Shown here: one piece after another, positions 52,716-63,559 of the stretch
Numbering within the stretch: position 1 is the first letter of the stretch
Layout: each line of letters begins with the position of its first letter
Source: Octopus vulgaris
Lineage: Eukaryota
Reading direction: 5' to 3'
Assembly: GCA_951406725.2 (NCBI GenBank)
Contig: OX597824.1
Coordinates: forward strand, 32,674,001-32,738,000
DNA: 64,000 nt
The notes under the pieces: generated by a model
Seen by the model: the letters and a program-made list of their open reading frames with translations, nothing else
Told to the model about the DNA's origin: nothing
The model's database searches: none
Made by a program: the position numbers and the translations under genes

Positions 52716-53404
52716 TAATAATAATAATGATAATAATAATAATAATTAATAACAATAATAATAATAAATAAGTACTAGGGTCAATTCGTTCGACCAAAAT
52801 TCTTCAAGGCGGTGTCCCAGCATGGCCACAGTCTAATGCCTAAAACAAGCAAAAGACAAAAGATAAAGATATATGAATGTGTGTGAGTGTGCGTGCGTGT
52901 ATGAACATTGATGTTTAGGACTGTATCGTATTATATAAAGCCAAATCCACTGTACACCAATACAAGTAAAGGACTGTTTTTCTGCAGAATGTTGCCGTCG
53001 ATTCTTCTAAAAACATATCGATTTCTGAATACATTTCTTTGTAAAGTCTTTCTCTAGCGTTCGCTACATGTTCAAGGAAAGAAAACATTCCATCTTTCCA
53101 AACATTTGCAGCCACTGATTATCGGAATCGATTGAAAGACCAGGAGAGTAATTAATGATTCTCTTTGAAAACAAACTGTGAAGGGATCAGAAAGAGTGTT
53201 ATCAAATCACTTGACATGATTAACTTGGTGTCGGTTGCGAATTTTTCTAACGAAACTATAATAGTGAGGTGTTGAACATAGGATAACGTAAAGTATCAAA
53301 TCTGCTTGCCTAGTAAGATTTCAAATTAAATTAGAACCCTCACTTTATTCCACTTCAATGCATTGGAAAACAAACTTCTTACCACACAGTGAAGCTTTCG
53401 CATG

Positions 53405-53405
53405 C

Positions 53406-53454
<49 letters not shown>

Positions 53455-53456
53455 CA

Positions 53457-53487
<31 letters not shown>

Positions 53488-53494
53488 GTATATT

Positions 53495-53591
<97 letters not shown>

Positions 53592-53596
53592 GTATG

Positions 53597-53631
<35 letters not shown>

Positions 53632-53743
53632 GTATGTATATATATATATCAATAATAACAAAGGGTGAAATTAATTAAGAAGTAATCAGTAATTTCACCA
53701 AGTAGGATTCGGCATGTAAAAGACCAATTCATGGTAAGTTTAA

Positions 53744-53788
<45 letters not shown>

Positions 53789-53826
53789 CATACTTACATA
53801 CATACATATATACATACATATATATT

Positions 53827-53859
<33 letters not shown>

Positions 53860-53884
53860 ATATATGTATATATATGTGTATGTG

Positions 53885-53929
<45 letters not shown>

Positions 53930-54021
53930 TATATATATATATATGTGTGTATGTATATATATATATATATATTTGTGTGTGTGTGTGTGTGTGTATGCGT
54001 ATATCTATCTATCTATCTATC
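53405..54021. repeat. (TA/TG)n microsatellites abutting the Penelope element
   Basis: Seen directly. Confidence 0.9.
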
Positions 54022-54055
54022 TATCTATACAATATGTTACATTACTCGTAGTCAA

Positions 54056-54113
54056 GATAAAACTCTGAGTTTCAGATGCGAATGAAATCCACAACACCAT
54101 CTCTTCGGTTATC
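54056..54113 (-). ncRNA. Hammerhead-like motif in the left pseudo-LTR
   Basis: On the minus strand GATAA-CCGAAGA-GATG...CATC-T-GAAA-CTCAGAG-TT-TTATC. Stem II interior has small deletions relative to the right copy. Confidence 0.45.
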
Positions 54114-54369
54114 TGGCTATTTGTGAAAAAATACCGTTAAAAATGAAGGGAAATTACTCTGTGCTTTGCCTGTACTTATACATCGCTGCATTTTTGTCAT
54201 AAAAATTATATAAAAATACATAAAAATATATAAAAATATATAAAAATATATAAAATCTTCTTGGGACATAACACAGAAAGCATGTTCTATCCGTTTTCTT
54301 TAGGGGACCAAAAATCAGAAATTTAGTCACATGGGCATGATCCGAAAAGCTCTGTCCTTGTATTTAGAG

Positions 54370-54663
54370 GGCATCATCTTTGTAGATGGCGAAATGTACG
54401 TTAGGGAATGTCTTACCGAAGGTATCTAGGAGAAAGAGTCCAATTAGATCACAGATGCCTGCCCCATCATATGAACCCATGCTCACATCGAAAGCGCCCT
54501 CCGTGTCGGTGTTTTTTACCCACTTTGCATTCTCACTGAAAAGTAATGTCTTTCTAGCATGGAAGATTATATCCCTATCATTGGTACTAATTTCTATGAA
54601 GTCACTAGCGAAGATTAGGGCTTTATCTAGCAGTTCTTTAGAGATAGAGGCATAAAAATCAAT
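54370..54663 (-). pseudogene. Penelope-like reverse transcriptase core fragment (98 open codons)
   Basis: IDFYASISKELL...FDVSMGSYDGAGICDLIGLFLL...AIYKDDA, containing the PLE RT motifs FYPSI, MGS and YxDD. Confidence 0.9.
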
Positions 54664-54686
54664 GGGACACGGAGGGCGCTTTCGAT

Positions 54687-55478
54687 GTGAGCATCAATAG
54701 CATTGCCCCAGTTTATAATAAAGCTTTAAAAGATAGTGGTTTTAGCGAAAAAATAAAATATACACCTATCACCAGCCCAACAATAAGGAAAAGGAATAAT
54801 AGAAATAGGAAGGTCATCTGGTTTACGCCCCCTTACTCACCCGAGGTGGCCTTCAATATAGGTAAATATTTCCTAGCACTGATAGATAGACATTTTCCAG
54901 TTAACCATGCTTATAGGAAACTCTTCAATAGACACAATTTAAAAATTAGTTTTAGTTCAACTACCAATTTTAAAAACATAATCAATCATAACATACAAAA
55001 AACACAAGAAGAAAACAGCTGTTCATGCAGGAATAAAGAATTGTGCCCGCTAAATGGAGCTTGCATGTCCAAGACCATCATATATGAAGCTACCGTAAAC
55101 TCTATAACCACTAAAGACACCGTTTCGACGAAGAAATACGTGGGCCTGACAGAGGGTAATTTCAAGGCCAGGTTCAATAACCACACTTTGAGCTTTAGGC
55201 ACTGGAACAAAAGAAAAGCGACACAATTATCCAATCATATTTGGTCTTTAAGAGATAAAGGTGTCGATTATAACATACAATGGAAGATTTTGGCCAGATG
55301 TAAGCCCTATACTAACGGCAGCGGAAGGTGCGGTTTATGCGACATGGAGAGATGGCTTATCTGGAAAAGCAGCTTAGACCCTACCACATGTCTAAATACA
55401 AGGACAGAGCTTTTCGGATCATGCCCACATGTGACTAAATTTCTGTTACGTTTTTGGTCCCCTAAAGAAAACGGATAG
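54687..55478 (+). CDS. Penelope-like C-terminal region: thumb/linker plus GIY-YIG endonuclease (5'-truncated, uninterrupted)
   Basis: IWFTPPYS, KLFNRHNLKISFS, CSCRNKELC (CxCx5C), IIYEA...YVGLTEGNFKARFNNH, CGLCDME, LNTRTELFGSCPH. Confidence 0.88.
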   Translation: MSINSIAPVYNKALKDSGFSEKIKYTPITSPTIRKRNNRNRKVIWFTPPYSPEVAFNIGKYFLALIDRHFPVNHAYRKLFNRHNLKISFSSTTNFKNIINHNIQKTQEENSCSCRNKELCPLNGACMSKTIIYEATVNSITTKDTVSTKKYVGLTEGNFKARFNNHTLSFRHWNKRKATQLSNHIWSLRDKGVDYNIQWKILARCKPYTNGSGRCGLCDMERWLIWKSSLDPTTCLNTRTELFGSCPHVTKFLLRFWSPKENG

Positions 55479-55656
55479 AACATGCTTTCTGTGTTATGTC
55501 CCAAGAAGATTTTATATATTTTTATATATTTTTATATATTTTTATGTATTTTTATATAATTTTTATGACGAAAAATGCGAGCGATGTATAAGTACGCAGG
55601 CAAAGCAGAGTTATAACATTTTTAACGGTATGTTTTCATAACGTTTTCAAATAGCC

Positions 55657-55719
55657 AGATAACCGAAGAGATGGTGTTGTGGATTTCCACTTCGGCATCT
55701 GAAACTCAGAGTTTTATCT
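55657..55719 (+). ncRNA. Variant minimal type I hammerhead-like motif in the right pseudo-LTR
   Basis: AGATAA / CCGAAGA / GATG-gtgtt-GTGG-attt-CCAC-ttcgg-CATC-T / GAAA / CTC-A-GAG / TT / TTATCT. The core has C at the U4 position. Confidence 0.55.
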
Positions 55720-55853
55720 TGACTACCGAGTAATGTAACATATTGTATAGATAATTTCCTCTATTTACATAATATTGAGGTCTCTTTCTTTCTTTTGTTA
55801 TCTTACCGTTTTATCAATAATATCTATCTATCTATATATATATATATATGTAC

Positions 55854-55900
<47 letters not shown>

Positions 55901-56094
55901 AAAGGGTAAAGACTCCCGTCGATCATGACTGACCACGGGATTGCAACTAGAAAGGCACAAGTCCAAAAAAAAAAAAGGAAAGAGATCCAAAATCTTTAAT
56001 CCATAACTGTTAAAAGAACTGTATCCTGCATTCCATAACAATAGAAAGAAGGTAAGTCATATAAAGTCAAATTAGTCAATAGTCAAGTTGCGAC

Positions 56095-56690
56095 AGGTCA
56101 TTAGCGAGAATGAAACGCAATGGTAAGTTGGCTATTTTCTTGCATGTGGTGTGTAGTTCTTGCATGATCTTAATTGCTTGCTCACAGGATTGATTGCTTC
56201 TGCAGATGTTTAGTTTTCAGGGCTTTTTTGTTTCCAGTGATTTGTCAAGCATTTCAAAGTAGTCTTGTAGGATAGCAACGCTTGCGATAGCTCTGCATGA
56301 TCTTCAGCTCTATACATTTGGTCACTGAACCAATGGTCCGCCGAGTCACATGAGATGAACTGACAGGTCATCTGCAATCTTTTTTTCTCACATGTGGCAT
56401 GAGGAAAAATGCAAGAAAGGGTAAGATCGCTCACGAATTCCATGTGGCATTACCGATGTTCGGAATTTCCTGAAACCTGATGAAAGGTAGGTCTCCGTTT
56501 TCATGGAAGAACCTGAAGGTACGGGTTAAGTTGAATAGAAACTTCATATCATCTCTCCAGCCTGCTTGATCTTCAATGACATGAGTTCCATTCTGGAAGG
56601 AGCCTTGTAATTCTTCATAATTTGTCACGAGTTCTTTGACAAAAAATATTCGATGCTAGGTGAATTGCTTGCGCCTGCTAGTTCCTCATC
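56095..56690 (-). pseudogene. DNA transposase relic, Sola2-like (tentative)
   Basis: Adjacent frames give WRDDMKFLF...IPNIGNATWNS, HWFSDQMY, and NQSCEQAIKIMQEL. These resemble the ARW..RAI and ND.AER.VK motifs of Sola2-type proteins as I recall them. Confidence 0.45.
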
Positions 56691-56691
56691 C

Positions 56692-56730
<39 letters not shown>

Positions 56731-56832
56731 ACACAAATATATACTCTTCCGGATGTGAGATTTTGTATTTTAATATTTCATTCTTCACTCAGGTACAATG
56801 ATACTCATAACCGGGTGTTAATTCCTTATTCC

Positions 56833-58085
56833 TGTGGCTGTGTGGTAAAAAGCTTATTTGTCCTCTCTACGTTTAGCCCCTTGTGGCCAATAAAGAAATG
56901 AGAACATTGCTTCCCAACCACATGGTTCCGGGTTCAGTCCCACTGCGTGGTACCTTGGGCAAATGTCTTCTCTACTATAGCCTCGGGCCAACCAAAGCCT
57001 TGTGAGTGGATTTGGTATACAGAAACTGAAAGCAGCTCATCGTATATGCGTGTGTGTGTCTGTGCTTGTTCCTCATCACTGCTTGGCAACCGGTGTTGGA
57101 TTGTTTACGTCCCTGTAACTTAACGGTTCGGTAAAAGAGACCAATAGATTAAATACAGGGTGTCCCAAAAGTCACTATGCACTTTCTTTTCTCTATTTCG
57201 TTTCGGGTATCATTCGGGGAAACGAAAGGCCATCAGCATTTGACACCTTAGACTTTGCAGTTTTTATAAGTGTATCATTCCCTTGCACATGACTCGCCAA
57301 TTGCCGCCTGGTAAGAAGTTTTTCAGTCCCCTACTGAAGTTAATCGCAAGTTTGAGATGGTTTATGGCCGTCACACTGCTCCAACGTGTAGCACAATTTA
57401 TGGTATCCATAGCAAATTTCTCGAAGCAAAATCTGTTCTTGACAAACCACACAGTGGAAGGCCTGCTATTACCACCACTGAAGCAGGCGTTCGCGAAAAG
57501 TCAGAGGAAGTCCATTCTGAGGACTGCGCTGGAACTTAGCATCAACAAAAGCTCGATTCAGCGGATGCTTCGAAGAGTGATAAAACTCTACCCGTACTGA
57601 CTTCAGGTTTTTCAAAGGCTTCAAGCGAAAGAATATGATGCTCGTGTGGAAATATTTGAATCCCTCTCCACCGTTACCAAAACGACTCTCTGTTCTTAGA
57701 AAACTTATGGCTCAGCGATGAGCATATCTTTCATCTCTCTGATCGGGTAAACCGATACAATTGTCGAATTTGGGGTTAATCAAAACCAGCAGAAATTCTC
57801 GAACTTGAACGAGACTCTCCGAAGCTGGTGATATGGTGAGCCATGAGCAAGGGAATGATACACTTACAAAAACTGCAAAGTTGAAGGTGTCAAATGCTGA
57901 TGGCCCCACGTATCTTCGAATGATACTTGAAACGAAATAGGGGAAAAGAAAGTGTATGGTGATTTTTGAGACACCCTGTACTAGGTTTTAAAAAATAAGT
58001 CTTGGGGTCGATTTGTTCGATTAAAACCCTTCAAGGGGGTGCTCCAGCATGGCCGCAGTCAAATTACAGAAACAAGTAAAAGAAT
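56833..58085 (+). mobile_element. SINE family B hosting a family A tail fragment (about 56855-56899) and a Tc1/mariner element
   Basis: The SINE sequence is continuous once 57156-57980 is removed. Confidence 0.8.
57156..57978 (+). mobile_element. Internally deleted Tc1/mariner element (DUF4817-type, probably rosa/DD41D-like), 823 bp
   Basis: TA TSD and about 50-bp TIRs CAGGGTGTC(C/T)CAAAA. Broken transposase: SVLDKPHSGRP, KLYPY, LSDEHIFHLSDRVNRYNCRIWG. Confidence 0.88.
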
Positions 58086-58104
58086 ATACATATATATATA
58101 TATT

Positions 58105-58303
58105 CGCCATGATAGATCGGTAGCCACTACACACATTTTTTTTCTCTCCTTGTTTTTCTCCTTGTTTTTCCCGTGTCCCTTTCTGTAGAAGAGCGTAGGC
58201 TCGAAACGTAAAATACTTTTTTAATTCCTGAGCGTTATAATAATACATCTGTTTGTTTTGTACACCACCTGTCTTCGTCTTTTGTTTTTTTTTCGTGAAC
58301 TCT

Positions 58304-58310
<7 letters not shown>
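58105..58310 (+). repeat. Second copy of the putative pseudo-LTR repeat with a minimal hammerhead-like motif
   Basis: Homologous to 2821-3010. Motif cttt-CTGTAGAA-GAGC-gtag-GCTC-GAAAC-GTA at about 58179-58214. Both copies end in (TA)n. Confidence 0.6.
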
Positions 58311-58366
<56 letters not shown>

Positions 58367-58784
58367 TATATACACGCGTGCGCGTGCGACCGGCTTCCCC
58401 ACACTTTCCTTTCCATCTACCAAATATACTCACAAGGCATTTTGTCTGTCGGGAGCTATAGAAGACACTCTTGACCATGGTGCCGCACAGTGGAGCTGAA
58501 CCAAAACCATACTGTTGCAAAGTAAGTTCTTAACCACACAGCCATGCACGGCCATTTAACTTAGTAATAGTTCAGTAAGAAGGTTAAAAAACAAATCTTT
58601 TTAACGTCAGCCAAGAAAATGTGCGGTGTAATTAAGCCAGCGATCCTCATGTTATTATAACTAGCTTGTTTACGTCATTAAAATAGCTAAGCAATGTCTG
58701 ATAGACATCAGCAAGATGTATTATGTACCGAATCCAATTCACTGTTGAGTTTTCCTTCTGCTGTTCCTGTTCAGGTTGTATCTC

Positions 58785-59685
58785 TTGTCTTTTACGTGTT
58801 TCAGGCATTTGACTGCGGCCATGCTGGGGCACTGCCTTGGAGAGTTTTAATTGAACTTATCGACTCCAGGACTTAAATTTTTTTTAAAATTATTATTTTA
58901 AGCTTGGTACTTATTCTATTGGTCTCTTTTGCCGAACGCTGTTATGGGGACGTAAACAAACCAACGCCGTCATCAAGCTGTGGTAGGGAAGAAACTCACA
59001 CACGGATGCACGCCCATATCTCTTATATAAAATCCGTTTTGTCTGTGTCTGTGTGTGTGGCTTCTAGGATCTCGGGCATCCTCCATCCAATTGCGCTCAA
59101 ATTTGATATGTAGATACCAACGGTATCAGGGCGTGTATAAGTTTTGAAAAAATTACGAAAATCGATTCCAGGTGAGAATGCGATCGATAAAGCCGTGGAA
59201 AATCGTCTTTCTTTGGAATAGAAAAAAAGTCTATCTTTATTTCTTCTTTTGCAGGTGTCTCAAATTTAGGTTAAATCAGTGTTTCTCAAAGGGGAGGCCT
59301 ATGGGACGGTCGGACAAGTTGTTTTGAGAAAATTTGGTTTAAATGTTTGACAACTCAGCACCGTCCTCTGGACGTGGGGGGACGCGTTTTGCTCGTCTAC
59401 ATATATATTCCTTTTCTTTTTAGGTGTCATGTCCATAATGTAGGACATAGGTGATCATGTCCTGTCACAATTCTGTCCTTTGTATGCATGTATGAAGTAT
59501 GTATGTATGTATGTATGTATGTATGTATACACGACAGACTTCTTTCAGTTTCTGTCTACCAAATCCTCTCACAAGGCTTTGGTCGACCTGAGGATATAGT
59601 AGAAGTCATCCTCCCAATTTGTCACGGAATGGGACTGAACTCAGAACCATGTTGTTGGGAAGCAAGCTTCTTACCACACAGCCAC
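58785..59685 (-). mobile_element. SINE family B interrupted at its microsatellite
   Basis: Tail at 58785-59000 and head at 59530-59685. Confidence 0.7.
59019..59220 (+). mobile_element. Helitron-like 5' end (no 3' CTAG or hairpin recognised)
   Basis: A|TCTCTTATATAAAA...TTGTCTGTGTCTGTG...CAAATTTG resembles the start of the 28846 and 30111 elements. Confidence 0.45.
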
Positions 59686-60591
59686 TAGTGCAACTAAACA
59701 GTCTTTTCTGGTGAAAAGTCAATGCCTTTTTGTTGCGCTTCTGATCACACCTTAATCATTTAATCTCTGATATTGAGACGTTTTGACACAGCCGTTTCGG
59801 TGCCATCTGTTTGGCGTTGTTGATTCAACACTGACTTATTTGACATCAGACGTTTTAATGTTTCTCTCGTTCTCTTTCCACCCACTCTCTGTACTTACGT
59901 ATAGATGCCTCTGAAGAAAGGGAACGTGTTTATGCCAATCACACCCAATTAATAAACTGTAATGCCTTTCTCTTTTTCCCTTGTCTCAGTATGCGCATAT
60001 CTCTGCTCGAGCGCATGTGCCTACATGTATTTGTCTCCACGTATTGTTAGCAAAACAGTCCGAACGTCCAATCAGCCGTGCCAAATCTCCAGCGCCCAAA
60101 CGCCTGCGCCCAATTGCCTCATTCCATTAACCTTCTTCTACTGGTAATGATGATGGCTCCCTCCCAAATCGAAGTTAACCCATAACACCCTCCTGCTTTA
60201 ACTTTTATAAAAGAAGCTATTTATCAGCTTGATCTCAAACACAAAAAATAAATAGATAAATAAATAAATCAAATCAAATAATAAATAAATAAATAAATAA
60301 GTAACAGAGAAACTTCTGGAACAAACGATAGACTACTTTGGAGCATTTGTATTTCAACTTCGCTGGGATCAATTTTGCTATTCGCTGATAAAATGTGTAT
60401 CAATAATATACTGGATCGATGCGATCGACTACACACTTCCTCTACAAAAGAAATCGTTAATATTAACGTAAGTTAAACACTGCGGAATTCAGATTCTGGG
60501 TGTGGATTTTCTTTCTCTGCGAAACCAAGAATGTTTGACTTCTGCTAGGAAGGACAACCAGCATTCTACGTCATATTTATAAACCTTTCCA

Positions 60592-60794
60592 TACTCTTTT
60601 ACTTGTTTCAGTCATGTGACTGCGGCCATGCTGGAGCACAGCCTTTAGTCGAGCAAATCGACCCCAGGACTTATTCTTTGTAAGCCTAGTATTTATTCTA
60701 GCGGTCTCTTTTGCCGAACCGCTAAGTGACGGGGACGTAAACACACCAGCATCGGTTGTCAAGCGATGTTGGGGGGACAAACACAGACACACAA

Positions 60795-60869
<75 letters not shown>

Positions 60870-61032
60870 TACGACGGGCTTCTTTCAGTTTCCATCTACC
60901 AAATCCACTCGCAAGGCTTTGGTCGGCTCGAGGCTATAGTAGAAGACACTTGCCCAAGGTACCATGCAGTGGGACTGAACCCGGAAGCATGTAGTTGGTA
61001 AGCAAGCTACTTACCACACATCCACTCCTACA
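60592..61032 (-). mobile_element. SINE family B, young full-length copy
   Basis: Complete head, core, microsatellite and tail. Confidence 0.9.
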
Positions 61033-61103
61033 CCTATATGTAACATGAAATAATTCCAAGAAGAAGAAAACCATGTCCGCCACCATCTCACTTCGGGTAC
61101 ATG

Positions 61104-61471
61104 GAAGCACTCCGTCGGTTACGACGATGAGGGTTCCGGTTGATCCGATCAACGGAACAGCCTGCACGTGAAATTAACGTGTAAGTGGCTGAGCACTCCA
61201 CAGACACGTGTACCCTTAATGTAGTTCTCGGGGATATTCAGCGTGACACAGAGAGTGACAAGGCCGGCCCTTTGAAATACAGGTACAACAGAAACAGGAA
61301 GTAAGAGTGAGAGAAAGTTGTGGTGAAAGAGTACAGCAGGGATCACCACCATCCCCTGCCGGAGCCTCGTGGAGCTTTAGGTGTTTTCGCTCAATAAACA
61401 CTCACAACGCCCGGTCTGGGAATCGAAACCGCGAGTCCGCTGCCCTAACCACTGGGCCATTGCGCCTCCAC
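61104..61471 (-). mobile_element. SINE family C, young full-length copy
   Basis: Head at 61471 matches the copy at 10258. Flanked by CACTTCGGGTACAT direct repeats. Confidence 0.85.
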
Positions 61472-61830
61472 CACTTCGGGTACATCAATCTCAGTTATCT
61501 TCATTTCTCCCATATAAAGTCCCATTGAAATTTGCCGGTTGTAAATAAGATTGACTATCGACAATAGCATAGTTAGAGTGTGTGCCGCCTGGGCTAGTCT
61601 TTCAGTGTGCTGCCTTACTCCGGACCCCCAAAACTTATACAGGTGAACCCAAAAGCGCCGCCCTCATAAAAGCATCACCCGATATGAACTGTCCCCTCTA
61701 TCCGTTCGCTCTCACTCCCAGTTACGCTACTAAATATCGCTCAGTAGGAAAGCCAAAGCGTTTAAGTTGATCGGTGGGCATGAAAGCTGAGATATTCATT
61801 AAGTGTTCCTGACTCATTTCTTCTGTATCT

Positions 61831-62055
61831 AACTGAAAACAGTATGGTGATGTCTGACCATACTGTTTTCAGTTTGAAACCATTTATGAATTACGGAGAT
61901 GTACTTGCATAGCAAGTGACCTGATCTGAGAGCGTGTGCTGGAACGAAAATAATTGCAGCGTGGAAGGCGTTTATAAGCCATTTAAGAAACACGCAAAAC
62001 CCGCGGTTTTTGTGTGTTTCTTAAATGGCTTATAAACACCTTTCACGCTGCAATT
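61831..62055. repeat. Two adjacent inverted repeats (probable collapsed foldback MITE)
   Basis: Perfect 18-bp arms at 61831-61848 and 61857-61874; about 50-bp arms spanning 61952-62055. Confidence 0.8.
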
Positions 62056-62102
62056 GTCATTAATGAATTATTATGACTTTTTGTTTATAATCCCATATTA
62101 TG

Positions 62103-62530
62103 AAGGCTAGTGGTTAGGGTGCTGCTCTGACGATCGTGGGTTCGATTCCCGGACTGGGCGGCGTGTTGTATTCTTGAATAAAACAATTCATTTCATATGT
62201 AAATACTGGTACTCCGTCGGCTTCTACGACGTATGTTCCAGTTGATCTGATCAACAGAACAGCCTGCTCGAGAAATTAGTGGCTGAGTATTCCCGGTCAG
62301 CGAAGTGGCGTCCCGTTTGACCGATGTACGGAGAAGGACAGACGTAGTTCTCAGGAAAATTCAGCGTGACACAGAATGTGACAAGGCTGACCCTTTAAAT
62401 TACAGATACTACTCATTTTTACCAGCTGAGTGAATTGGAGCAACGTGAAATAAAGTGTCTTGCTCAAGGACACAACGTGCCGCCGGGAGCCGAGTTCACG
62501 ACCTTACGATCGTAAGCTGAATACCTCCAA
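62103..62530. mobile_element. Two family C-related SINEs tail to tail
   Basis: Plus-strand head GGTTCGATTCCC at about 62140 and a minus-strand copy at about 62210-62530. Confidence 0.6.
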
Positions 62531-63559
62531 CTGCTTCATATTTGAAATACACATAATTTAAATACTATCCAGTAGCTGCTGCTGCTGCTGCTGCTGTTGT
62601 TGTTGTTGTTGTTAAGCAACAAGACGGGTAAGGGTGATTAGGTGATGGTCTAGGGCTTAGGGGCAGGAGAACCCAGAACTTGAAAAAAAAATTTGGTCGT
62701 CTTGTAGTCGAGGGCTCTTCGTTGACGCCCAACACCACTGGGAGGTGGCCCTCGAGGTTGCTGGAAATGGAGATCTCCAGGTCCAAATTCTTGAACGGCT
62801 GCTGCTGCTGCTGCTGCTGCAATTTAGCTTCAGGTCAGCATTGAACGTGTAAATCAAGGCTGACCCGGGGCTAAACTATGAGGCTTTCTAGTTTGTGACC
62901 ATACAGTCTTTTTCTTTCTTGTTTTTTTTTTTTTGAGTTTTTAAGACTAATTTATCCAATATGTATTGTCCTTATTTTAACAGAGGCCGTGATTTGAGAG
63001 GAGATTTAGTTGCTATTTCCAGCAAGTCGAGACATCCTTATCGGCATTGATATCGATGATTGTGTTCTTGCTATTATTGACACAAGCATTCAGGTTACTT
63101 CTTTCTATCGATAAATATCAAAACTTTCACAAAAAAAAATACTGACATAAAACAAACACAATAAATACACAAATAATAATGACAATTCTCAAGGTTGGCC
63201 AGTGAGATATCGAAAAATGTTGATTAGCGATAAATCTAGAACATTGATAGAACAAAGTTGGCTGATAAATCAAAACGACCGTCAAATCAATGTTAAATGA
63301 TTATACGTTATCTCCATCATGGTCTGTATATCGATACTTCTCATCTTCTCCGTGGTGTTATTGCTGTGGTATTTTGATATTAAGAAATGCGCTAAGGCAA
63401 AGGATTGGGTTACAAAAATCAAACAAAGGTAAACAGATCTGACTGAATATCGGATAAAGCGCTGAAATTACAAGAAGGAAATTTTGACCAGTTCTCTTGA
63501 AGTGAAAAATTGGCTGGTCAGAAAAAGAATAAAATGGAAATCACAAAGGATTAACGATA

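Larger units (their letters stand above)
51045..52870 (+). mobile_element. SINE family B split by nested retroelement insertions
   Basis: The body runs to about 51700. The remaining tail AGTACTAGGGTCAATTCGTTCGAC...CAGCATGGCCACAGTC resumes at about 52770. Confidence 0.7.
54022..55820. mobile_element. Rearranged Penelope-like retroelement (probably Hydra clade) with inverted pseudo-LTRs
   Basis: 54022-54368 is the reverse complement of 55391-55753 with small indels. RT fragment on the minus strand, GIY-YIG ORF on the plus strand, inserted in (TA)/(TATC)n. Confidence 0.9.
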
